Positions 1 to 7,197 of a stretch of 17,564 nt of DNA are shown here, piece after piece. Below the pieces are notes generated by a model, which ran no database searches, had not been told where the DNA came from, and was given only the letters and a program-made list of their open reading frames with translations. Origin of the DNA: Elusimicrobiota bacterium (lineage in GTDB: Bacteria > Elusimicrobiota > Elusimicrobia > UBA1565 > JACRDR01); assembly GCA_041694815.1 (NCBI GenBank), contig JBGFSC010000053.1, positions 1 to 17,564 on the forward strand, in the 5' to 3' direction. Each line of letters opens with the position of its first letter. The stretch's first letter is position 1. The translations under genes and the position numbers were made by a program.

Positions 1-65
1 GTCACGAATTCGCGTTCTGTCAGGGAGTGCTTGCGCCTCATTCTTTTTAATTCTTTAAACGACAT
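1..65 (-). CDS. Possible partial CDS running off the window (MSFKELKRMRRKHSLTEREFV...), HTH-regulator-like N-terminus
   Basis: ATG at 65..63, frame open to the window edge; only 21 codons visible; the R-K-x-S-L-T-E-R-E-F pattern resembles Xre/LuxR HTH starts. Confidence 0.3.
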   Translation of the reverse strand, partial: MSFKELKRMRRKHSLTEREFV

Positions 66-126
66 CCAACAGATTTCTCGTTCTTTCGGTAGGTGGTAAC
101 GATGTGCCCGACGAGTTCTCTTGACC

Positions 127-184
127 TAGGCCTTTAGGCCTATACCGGACCCAGGCATTAGGCCCCAGGCAGGGCTTGGGCCGT
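127..184. promoter_or_regulatory. Cluster of GGnCnTTnGnCC quasi-palindromes (putative operator sites)
   Basis: Perfect inverted repeat TAGGCCT-TT-AGGCCTA at 127-142; degenerate copies CCAGGCATTAGGCCCC at 151-166 and CAGGGCTTGGGCCG at 170-183. Confidence 0.55.
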
Positions 185-189
185 TCCTT

Positions 190-195
190 TATAAT
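190..195 (+). promoter_or_regulatory. -10 element of a probable leaderless transcript
   Basis: TATAAT 6 nt upstream of GTG at 202; no Shine-Dalgarno. Confidence 0.6.
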
Positions 196-201
196 ATCGG
201 C

Positions 202-1035
202 GTGAGCAGCAAGGTCCTTTTACCTTTGACTTTCTTGGCGCTTTGCGCGCCCTCTCTTCGCGCGCAAATGGTGCTCATACCCCCTGAACGAATCAATAAC
301 ATGAGTACGGAGCTCCGCACGCGGCTTCATGCCCCCGCCGCCGAGGAGGAGCTGGCCTTCAGGGCCTCGGAGATTTTCGAGCAGGCCCAGCATACCCATC
401 ACCTTCCGGTGACGATTACCGGATGGGCGAAGCCAGAAAGCGTCGCCAAGCCGCAGGATGACGATCGCACCGTCATCCGCAACGTGATGGATCGTTACCG
501 CAGCTTGGTAACCGTTCCCGTGCCCGATCCGGAATGGGCAAGGAAACGCCGCAGCTCCTTCGAGTCGGCCGAGCGGGTATTTGTATCGGGGCTCATGCGT
601 GGCTCCGGCCACGGCGAGCTGGATGAGAACGTCGCCGGCGCGTATCTCTACAAGCCGCTCGAGTCGGCCGTGGGCACCATCCTTTTCCAGAAACAGCTCT
701 TAGAGCTCGCGCATCGGCTCGGGGAGCTCGTCGTCACCACGGCGGCCCACGAGGGCACGCATACCGACGACCATAGGCACGGTTTTTTGAGCCCCTGCAA
801 GATCATCGCCGGGGAGATCGAGGCCTTCACCCGCCAAGCCCGCACCTTGATCGACATGGACCCGACCGGTCATAAGACCGCGCGCGCCTGGGTGGACGCC
901 CAGCGGGCCGGCAGCCCGAAGTTCCTGCGCCAGTACGTGCAGCACTTGGTGGGCCTGCGCTGGGCTTACCTCAACGGCCGCCTTCTCGAGTTCATCGAAG
1001 GCTTGGGCTACCGCGACCCGGCGCACGCGCATTAA
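202..1035 (+). CDS. Secreted hypothetical protein with HExxH motif, putative zinc metallopeptidase
   Basis: 277 aa; Sec-type signal peptide ending SLRA/Q; HEGTH at 748-762 followed by GEIEAF as candidate third zinc ligand. Confidence 0.7.
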   Translation: MSSKVLLPLTFLALCAPSLRAQMVLIPPERINNMSTELRTRLHAPAAEEELAFRASEIFEQAQHTHHLPVTITGWAKPESVAKPQDDDRTVIRNVMDRYRSLVTVPVPDPEWARKRRSSFESAERVFVSGLMRGSGHGELDENVAGAYLYKPLESAVGTILFQKQLLELAHRLGELVVTTAAHEGTHTDDHRHGFLSPCKIIAGEIEAFTRQARTLIDMDPTGHKTARAWVDAQRAGSPKFLRQYVQHLVGLRWAYLNGRLLEFIEGLGYRDPAHAH

Positions 1036-1043
1036 TTAGCTCA

Positions 1044-1091
1044 AAAGTGATACTCTACGGGCATCAGGCCCGCGGCATTTCAATGACAGTT
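1044..1091 (+). pseudogene. Possible remnant of a minimal nucleotidyltransferase (MNT-type antitoxin)
   Basis: Reads KVILYGHQARG and, after a 1-nt shift, FNDS; resembles MNT motif KxILFGSxARGDFxxDSD; no intact gene. Confidence 0.3.
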
Positions 1092-1148
1092 TGGCGTCGC
1101 AATGATGAGGATGATCTCTTGTACTTCGACAATAGATAACCGTTACTC

Positions 1149-1166
1149 ACTGCGTCCGGACGCAGT
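1149..1166. repeat. Perfect 18-bp palindrome ACTGCGTCCGGACGCAGT
   Basis: Self-reverse-complementary; extends to 1146-1170 with one bulged T. Confidence 0.85.
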
Positions 1167-1229
1167 TGAGGACGGCGATTCCTCCGCACCCCAAGGAATG
1201 CGATATCTGACAGAGGAAGGACACAAACG

Positions 1230-1258
1230 AAGCGCCGAGGTCAAAGACCTCGGCGCTT
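1230..1258 (-). terminator. Rho-independent terminator of the 2242-1277 unit (possibly bidirectional)
   Basis: 13-bp stem AAGCGCCGAGGTC-AAA-GACCTCGGCGCTT, 18 nt past the stop at 1277; T-rich tails on both strands. Confidence 0.75.
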
Positions 1259-1276
1259 ATTACTTGTGGCTCTAAT

Positions 1277-1837
1277 CTAGCGCAGCCGCTTGGCGCTCAG
1301 CATCGACGAGAACATGCTCGTCACGGCTCCGCCGATCAACGCTCCGGCGAAGGCGCCGACAGGACCCGCAAGCGTGGCGCCGATGGCGGCGCCCACATAA
1401 ACCCCGCTCCCGACGGCGACGCCCGTCGCGATTCCTAGCACAGTCGCAATCGCGACTGTTTTAACGGTAAGCGATTTGTCGCGAAGGTACCGGCCCGCGG
1501 CGCCGCCCGCGGCCGCGCCCGACGCAAAGTACGGTCCGGAAACAGCTCCAAGCACCCCGTGAAGAAGACCCACGATAACGATCCTCTTGGTATCATCACC
1601 GTTCGCGCATTGCTTGACCTGCGGAACGACGCCCTTGGGCTTGCCCGCTCGAGCGGCGATCGCGGGACCCGCCTTCAGCCCGGCGCGAACGCCTGATACG
1701 ACCGGCGCCCCGGCAGAAAGAGCATCCTTCATGCCGTCGAACTCCGCGCTCGTAGAGACCTTCTCGTCCTCGATCGCGGCAAAACCCGCTTCGCTGATCG
1801 AAAGCAACAAACATCCAGCCAACAACAACTTGTTCAT
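1277..1837 (-). CDS. Secreted glycine-zipper membrane protein
   Basis: 186 aa; SD GGAGG 6 nt before ATG; signal peptide MNKLLLAGCLLLSISEAGFA; C-terminal GxxxG repeats (GAAIGATLAGPVGAFAGALIGGAV). Confidence 0.8.
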   Translation of the reverse strand: MNKLLLAGCLLLSISEAGFAAIEDEKVSTSAEFDGMKDALSAGAPVVSGVRAGLKAGPAIAARAGKPKGVVPQVKQCANGDDTKRIVIVGLLHGVLGAVSGPYFASGAAAGGAAGRYLRDKSLTVKTVAIATVLGIATGVAVGSGVYVGAAIGATLAGPVGAFAGALIGGAVTSMFSSMLSAKRLR

Positions 1838-1852
1838 GTTCTACCTCCTGAA

Positions 1853-2242
1853 TTACTGCCTGAAGCGGCCCAACGCCATGGCCACCGTCGCGACGATCAA
1901 TCCGCCGAGCAAGGCCACCTTCACCGGCAACCCCACTACCAATATCAGCGGTATCGCGGCGAAGGCGATCAAGGTTACCGGCTGCAGCATGCCCCCCGGA
2001 GTTGGAACCTTCTTTTCCAACATAAGGCCCTCGCGCGTTTGCGAAGCGGTGAAACCGGCCGCCGGAGCTTTACCACCCGAGCCTTGCGCCGAAACGGCTG
2101 GCGCCCCGGGATCCCTGATGGCGCCGCGGTCGAACTGGCGGCCGGCCGAAGCGCTGGCCTGCTCGTCGGACTCCGCAAAACAAACCGAGGCCGCGGGTAT
2201 CGCGGCGAAGACTGTCAGTGCTATAAGTAGCTCTTTATTTAT
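1853..2242 (-). CDS. Secreted/membrane hypothetical protein with two C-terminal TM helices (start probably at ATA 2242; ORF-track start 2308)
   Basis: GGAGG-TTAT-ATA precedes the signal-peptide-like NKELLIALTVFAAIPAASVCFA; hydrophobic C-terminal hairpin; ends 15 nt before the next gene. Confidence 0.65.
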   Translation of the reverse strand: MNKELLIALTVFAAIPAASVCFAESDEQASASAGRQFDRGAIRDPGAPAVSAQGSGGKAPAAGFTASQTREGLMLEKKVPTPGGMLQPVTLIAFAAIPLILVVGLPVKVALLGGLIVATVAMALGRFRQ

Positions 2243-2300
2243 ATAACCTCCGGGTTCGAGTAAGTCGTCATAGGATAGCTGCTCAGCGCGAGCTCCCAAA

Positions 2301-2363
2301 AGGGCCATTAGACCCCCTCGAGAAAGTCTTTAGCCCCCTCCCACTCCTGCCCCGAAGGGCCCA
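2301..2363. promoter_or_regulatory. Second cluster of GGnCnTTnGnCC-like sites
   Basis: AGGGCCATTAGACCCC 2301-2316, AAAGTCTTTAGCCCCC 2323-2338, TGCCCCGAAGGGCCCA 2348-2363, upstream of the minus-strand secreted pair. Confidence 0.45.
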
Positions 2364-2384
2364 TATTCTCGACTGGGGAAGCCC

Positions 2385-2413
2385 TTGACGCAACGACTTA
2401 AAGGATGTATAAT
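2385..2413 (+). promoter_or_regulatory. Sigma70-type promoter of the toxin-antitoxin operon
   Basis: TTGACG (2385-2390) - 17 nt - TATAAT (2408-2413), 11 nt before ATG 2425. Confidence 0.85.
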
Positions 2414-2424
2414 ACCGCTATACA

Positions 2425-2736
2425 ATGGTCACGCTGCCGCCGGAAGGCTTTGACTGGGATGAGCATAATAACAGGAAGAGCTGGGACCGGCATGGGGTTT
2501 CACTTCCCGAGTGCGAAGAGATATTTTTTAATGAGCCCTTATTGGTTGGGTCCGTCGATCGCAGCAAGATCGCCTACAGCGAAGAACGATTTGTCGCCTA
2601 CGGCGTTACGAACGCGATGCGGCCCCTGTTTGTTGTGTTCGCAATTCGAGGCGGGAAAGTCCGAGTGATATCGGCGAGGGATATGAGTCGCCAAGAAAGG
2701 AGGCTGTACCGTGAAGAGACAAAGAGGCCCGATTAA
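2425..2736 (+). CDS. brnT: BrnT family toxin (DUF497), type II TA ribonuclease
   Basis: FDWDEHN..K...HGVS..ECEEIF, E-E-R-F and RVISARDMSRQERRLY motifs typical of BrnT. Confidence 0.92.
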   Translation: MVTLPPEGFDWDEHNNRKSWDRHGVSLPECEEIFFNEPLLVGSVDRSKIAYSEERFVAYGVTNAMRPLFVVFAIRGGKVRVISARDMSRQERRLYREETKRPD

Positions 2737-3013
2737 ATTTAAGAGCGAAAGGGAAGAGTTCGATTTTTGGTCTAAAGTGGATTCTACCCGTTATGTGGAT
2801 CGCTCCACATTATCCAAGGCGCGTTTCCCGGAATTGCGGCCTACGACTCGGCCTATTCCAATAAGGCTTCCAGTCGCGCTGATCGATAGGCTAAAGGTAT
2901 TAGCCCATAAGAAAGACTTGCCTTATCAATCACTGATGCGGCGATGGATCGAGCAAGGTCTGGAGAAAGAGTCTCGAACCGGCTATACGACACAGTCGCA
3001 TGGATCTGCCTGA
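2711..3013 (+). CDS. brnA: BrnA/CopG-type RHH antitoxin
   Basis: KFKSEREE..FW...DST.Y and IRLP..LIDRLK..A.K..LPYQSLM; SD AAGGAGG 7 nt before GTG; overlaps the toxin gene. Confidence 0.88.
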   Translation: MKRQRGPIKFKSEREEFDFWSKVDSTRYVDRSTLSKARFPELRPTTRPIPIRLPVALIDRLKVLAHKKDLPYQSLMRRWIEQGLEKESRTGYTTQSHGSA

Positions 3014-3058
3014 TCTGGCGCGCTTGACGGGTCGGGCGAAATAAAGTCTAACACCCCG

Positions 3059-5305
3059 ATGGCCGCCCTGCCCTATGCCCTGTTCGGGCTATCCGGCTTC
3101 GCCGCGCTGCTCTACGAGGTGGTTTGGACGCGGAGGCTCCTGCTCGTCTTCGGGGCCACGGTGCACTCGGCGAGCGCGGTGCTCGCGGGCTTCATGGCCG
3201 GTTTCGCCTTGGGCGGCTTGGCGGGGGGCTTCCTCGCGCGCCGGTCCAAGGACCCTTGGCGGCTTTACGGCTGGCTCGAGATAGGCGTCGCCGGCGCGGC
3301 CTGCCTCTTTCCGCCGACCGTGCGCTGGCTGCTGTCCCTGGCCGAGCAGGGCTGGCTCCAGGCCGGCCCCTGGCGCTTGGCGGCGGGGCTGGCCGCGGTG
3401 TTTCCGGCCGCCTTCCTCATGGGAGCGACCTTTCCCGTGCTGGCCCAGCATGTTGCGCGGCGCGACCCTCACCAAGGCGTGGGACTTCTCTACGGCTCAA
3501 ACCTCATCGGCGCCTGTCTGGGAACCCTGATCGGTGCTTTCCTGATGATCGGCCTCTGGGGGCTTTCGGGAACGCACGCCCTCGCCGTAGCCATTAACCT
3601 CGTCGCGGGAAGCGCTGCCTTGCTGATCCCCCAGCCCTCCGGAGGCGCCGCGACGGAGCCCCCAAAGGCTTCGACAAGTCTCCGATGGGGAGTGGCGGCC
3701 GCCGTGTTCGTTTCGGGGCTCTGCGGGATGGCATTCGAGATCGTCTGGACCCGGCTGCTGATACCCTCCTTCAATAATTCGGCCTACGGCTTCGCCTCCA
3801 TGCTCTTCGTATTCCTGGCAGGGCTTGGTATTGGCAGCCTCTTGGCCGTACGGCTGACCCGGCCCAGCCTCGCGGGCCTGGGCGCGATCCTAGCTACCTC
3901 GGCCCTCTACGGCATCGTCGGCTACGGCGCCTTCGAGCTCTCACAGTTGCTTCAAATCCGCTTCTGCCGCCTCGACTACGCCGGGGTCCGGCCGATGGTG
4001 CTGCTCCCTCTCGCCGAGGCCTGCGTCGTGCTCGCTCCCTTGGCCATATTGCAAGGGATGCTGCTGCCGAGCGCCGCCCGTCTTTTGGGAGGCGGCGGGG
4101 CCTCGCTCGGGCGGCTCTACGCCTTCAACACCGTAGGGGCTATCGCCGGGTCCTTGGCGGCCGGGTTCTGGTGGATCCCGCATTACAATGTTCAGAACAC
4201 TCTATTCATCGTGGTGGCGGTCGGCCTGCTGTCGGGCACGGCCCTCGCCTCCTCGGCGATCGAACGGGTCCGGCTTAGGCCGCTTCTGCCCGTGGCGGCG
4301 ATCGCTGTGCTCGCCGCGTCCTGGTCCTGGTTCGGGCGCCGCCACCTGCCGGCGGCGTTGCTTTCCGACTGGGTCTCGCGCTCCTCGTTCCAGAAGCCCC
4401 TGCTTCTGTTCTACGCCGACGATCTCGAGGCGTCGGTCGCCGCGTTTATGGAGGGGCCCGGCGCGCGCTCCTTGATCATCAACAGCATCCGCGTCACGGG
4501 CTACACGAACGCGACGAAGATGATGGCGCATATCCCGCTGCTCCTACACCCCAGGCCGGAGCGGACGCTGATCATCTGCTTCGGGATGGGCACCACCTTC
4601 CGCTCGGCGCTGCAGCATGAGGGAAAAGTGGACGTCGTGGAGCTGGTGCCCGCGGTCTACCGCGCCTTCCAGTTCTTCTTCCCGGACGCCGCCCGATGGG
4701 CCGCGGACCCTCGCGCGCGGCTTCTGGCCAACGACGGGCGCAATCACCTGCTGGCCGAGCGCGAAGGCTACGACGTGATCATCGCCGATCCCTCTCCCCC
4801 TCTATTCGCGACCGGCACCGTCAACCTCTACGACCGCGATTTCTTCGAGCTGGCCCGCCGGCGCCTCAAGCCGGGCGGCATCGCGGCGGTCTGGATCCCG
4901 GCCTATCCCGAGACCGAGTTCCAGATGGTGATGAAAAGCTTCGTCGCCGCGTTTCCGGAGACCCAGATCTGGCGCGCCACCCGCAGCCTGCGCGGCATAC
5001 TCATGCTGGGCAGCGAGAAGCCGATCCGGCTGGACGAACGCCGGATCGGGCGGCGGCTGCGCGAACCGGCGGTGCGGGCCGACATGCTGCAGTTTGACCG
5101 CGAATTCGAGAAGGCTTCGGCCTTCTGGGGCTTGTATTTGGGCGAGGGGCGGCATTTCGAGGAATACCTGCGCGGAGTGCCGGAGCTCACCGACGATTTT
5201 CCACGGATCGAATACCCCTATTTCCGTTCACAACGCCGCGACTACCTGCGTTTTCCGGCCTTTTTCTCCTGGCCGGACTCCCGCTTCGCCAAGCCCCCTC
5301 GTTAA
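3059..5305 (+). CDS. Fused multi-TM/spermidine synthase-like protein (SpeE-like)
   Basis: 748 aa; duplicated SGxxxxxxExVWTR.L TM modules, LYxxNxxGA motifs; C-terminal class I MTase-fold domain (HPRPERTLIICFGMG, VELVP, NDGR, YDVIIADP, LKPGG, TDDFPRIEY). Confidence 0.9.
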   Translation: MAALPYALFGLSGFAALLYEVVWTRRLLLVFGATVHSASAVLAGFMAGFALGGLAGGFLARRSKDPWRLYGWLEIGVAGAACLFPPTVRWLLSLAEQGWLQAGPWRLAAGLAAVFPAAFLMGATFPVLAQHVARRDPHQGVGLLYGSNLIGACLGTLIGAFLMIGLWGLSGTHALAVAINLVAGSAALLIPQPSGGAATEPPKASTSLRWGVAAAVFVSGLCGMAFEIVWTRLLIPSFNNSAYGFASMLFVFLAGLGIGSLLAVRLTRPSLAGLGAILATSALYGIVGYGAFELSQLLQIRFCRLDYAGVRPMVLLPLAEACVVLAPLAILQGMLLPSAARLLGGGGASLGRLYAFNTVGAIAGSLAAGFWWIPHYNVQNTLFIVVAVGLLSGTALASSAIERVRLRPLLPVAAIAVLAASWSWFGRRHLPAALLSDWVSRSSFQKPLLLFYADDLEASVAAFMEGPGARSLIINSIRVTGYTNATKMMAHIPLLLHPRPERTLIICFGMGTTFRSALQHEGKVDVVELVPAVYRAFQFFFPDAARWAADPRARLLANDGRNHLLAEREGYDVIIADPSPPLFATGTVNLYDRDFFELARRRLKPGGIAAVWIPAYPETEFQMVMKSFVAAFPETQIWRATRSLRGILMLGSEKPIRLDERRIGRRLREPAVRADMLQFDREFEKASAFWGLYLGEGRHFEEYLRGVPELTDDFPRIEYPYFRSQRRDYLRFPAFFSWPDSRFAKPPR

Positions 5306-5349
5306 AAATTCAGTATAATTTCACCACATCCCGTCCTTCTGGAGAGACT

Positions 5350-5973
5350 ATGGCGATTACGCTAATACCCAAAGAGGAAAAGTTTTACGAGCTCTTCGAG
5401 GTCCAGGCGACCCACAACGTCGAGGCCGCTCGGCTGTTTAAGGCCTTGGCCAACGATTGGAACCAGTCCTCCTCCGTCTTCGAGCAGCTGCGCGAGATCG
5501 AGCACGAGGCCGACATCACGACGCACGAGATCATCGACAAGCTTAACCGCACCTTCATCACGCCCTTCGACCGCGAGGATATCCACGCCCTGGCCAGCGA
5601 ACTCGACGACATCGTCGACCTCATCGAATCTACCGCCTCGCGCATGAGGCTCTATCATATCGAGCGGCCCACGGAGGATCTCGTCTCCTTGAGCGACATC
5701 CTCTGGCAGGCGACCGAAAACGTGCGCAAGGCCATCGGCGAGCTCAAGAGCCAGCAAACCCGCCGGCTGCTCGACTATTGCATCGAGATCAACCGGTTGG
5801 AAAACTCCGGAGACCACGCCTTGGGATTGGCCATCGGGAAGCTCTTCTCGGGCAAGCCCGACCCGCTCGAGGTGATCAAGTGGAAAGAGGTCTACGAGAG
5901 CGTCGAGACCGCCATCGACAAATGCGAGGACGTCGCCAACACCATCGAGTCCATCCTCGTCAAGCAGGGCTAG
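5350..5973 (+). CDS. DUF47 / PhoU-like phosphate transport regulator (Pit accessory protein)
   Basis: IEHEAD, LNRTFITPFDREDIH.LAS.LDDI.D, IKWKEVYE..E.AIDKCEDVAN motifs; TATAAT at 5314-5319 and SD GGAGA. Confidence 0.93.
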   Translation: MAITLIPKEEKFYELFEVQATHNVEAARLFKALANDWNQSSSVFEQLREIEHEADITTHEIIDKLNRTFITPFDREDIHALASELDDIVDLIESTASRMRLYHIERPTEDLVSLSDILWQATENVRKAIGELKSQQTRRLLDYCIEINRLENSGDHALGLAIGKLFSGKPDPLEVIKWKEVYESVETAIDKCEDVANTIESILVKQG

Positions 5974-5977
5974 CCCT

Positions 5978-7096
5978 TTGGGCATATTGAGAACCCGGGA
6001 GGAATTCCTTCCGGTCACCTGCGCGGTCATGGACGAGGCCGAGCAGCGCGGCTTCTTCGCCCAGCTGGGAAAGCAGAAGGGGGGTAAGGCCGACGGCATC
6101 GCCCGGCTCTGCGGCGTGCCGGCCGAGTTGGCCGACCAATGGGTCCAGGCGAAAGTCCACGTGCCCTACCACGCCCTGCAGCTGCTCGCCCATCATTTCG
6201 GCCGGCCCCTGCCGCGTATCGGCGAGCTCAGGCGCGAATACCAGCCCGTCTCCCAGGCGCAGCCCGCTTCTCGAGAGGCCCCTAAGCCGCCGCCGCGGGC
6301 GTCGGCCCCGGCGAAGGAGCCCCGTCAGGCCAAGGAATCCCGCCGACGGCGGCAGCATCGGTCCGAGCGCCGTCCGGCCCCGGCCGCGCCGCAACGCCAG
6401 GAGACGAGGCTCCCGGAACCCTCCGAGGAGCTGGCCTACTGGGTCGGGGCCACCCTCTGCGCCGCGCGCCGCCGCGAGTCCTCGCTGGTGTTCTCGGCCG
6501 GAAGGCGGGTCGGGCAGAATTTCGCGGGGGTCTGGGCGCAGCGCACGCGGGAGCTCTTCGGCGTCAAACCCGGGATCGCCTCGGCGGACGACGGCAAGTT
6601 TCAAGAGGCCTCCCTGCCGGTCGCCGGACTGGAAAGCTTTTTCGACCGGCTCGGCATACAGGAAAACCCCGGCTCCGCGTCGCTGCCCCGCTGGGCCTGG
6701 TCCAACGCGGCGTGGAAGACGGCCTGCCTGCGGGGGATGGTGGACGCCTGCGCGCATTTCCACCGCCAGCCGGCCTTGAGCTTCGAGGATTTGCCTCCGG
6801 CGCTCGCGCGCCCGTTCCAGAAGATGTTCGAGTCCTTGCCGATGCGCTTGACCGCGGGACCTCGCGAAGTGATCGGAATATGGGACCGGGAAGGGGTCGA
6901 GGCCTATTTCAAGGCGGTGGGGACGCGGAACCTGAAGCTAAAGGACCAATTTGGTGCGTATCTCCGAGGCAAAGGGCAGAACGCTTCTGAACCTCAAGAA
7001 GAGGTGGCGGAATCCGAAGCCCAAGAGCCACCCAAGCCGCAAAAAAAAACCGTTTTTAGACGCCGCCGCACCGTCTACCGCGGACGGCCCGGCTAG
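5978..7096 (+). CDS. HTH-like domain fused to a degenerate two-motif LAGLIDADG domain (start uncertain; alternative ATG 6029)
   Basis: LPEPSEELAYWVGATLCAA and LPRWAWSN..WKTACLRGMVDACAH match the two LAGLIDADG helices; C-terminal YFKAVGTRN.K; N-terminal IARLCGVPAELADQW HTH-like segment. Confidence 0.75.
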   Translation: MGILRTREEFLPVTCAVMDEAEQRGFFAQLGKQKGGKADGIARLCGVPAELADQWVQAKVHVPYHALQLLAHHFGRPLPRIGELRREYQPVSQAQPASREAPKPPPRASAPAKEPRQAKESRRRRQHRSERRPAPAAPQRQETRLPEPSEELAYWVGATLCAARRRESSLVFSAGRRVGQNFAGVWAQRTRELFGVKPGIASADDGKFQEASLPVAGLESFFDRLGIQENPGSASLPRWAWSNAAWKTACLRGMVDACAHFHRQPALSFEDLPPALARPFQKMFESLPMRLTAGPREVIGIWDREGVEAYFKAVGTRNLKLKDQFGAYLRGKGQNASEPQEEVAESEAQEPPKPQKKTVFRRRRTVYRGRPG

Positions 7097-7104
7097 AACA
7101 AGCC

Positions 7105-7195
7105 GGAGGGGTGCGTGAGTGGTTGAAACGGACGCTCTCGAAAAGCGTTAGGCGGCAACCCCGCCTCGTGGGTTCGAATCCCACCCCCTCCGCCA
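7105..7195 (+). tRNA. tRNA-Ser(CGA)
   Basis: Acceptor GGAGGGG/CCCCTCC + GCCA; anticodon arm ACGCT-CTCGAAA-AGCGT; long variable arm AGGCGG/CCGCCT; T-loop TTCGAAT. Confidence 0.97.
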
Positions 7196-7197
7196 GA

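Noticed and set aside
127..184. CRISPR-like array from the palindromic repeats
   Set aside because: Repeats are short, degenerate and too closely spaced; no cas genes
3024..3052. TTGACG promoter for the SpeE-like gene
   Set aside because: No acceptable -10 at 16-18 nt spacing; TAAAGT is only 12 nt away
7041..7049. A9 tract as phase-variation or frameshift site
   Set aside because: In frame (Gln-Lys-Lys-Thr) near the C-terminus; no alternative product evident
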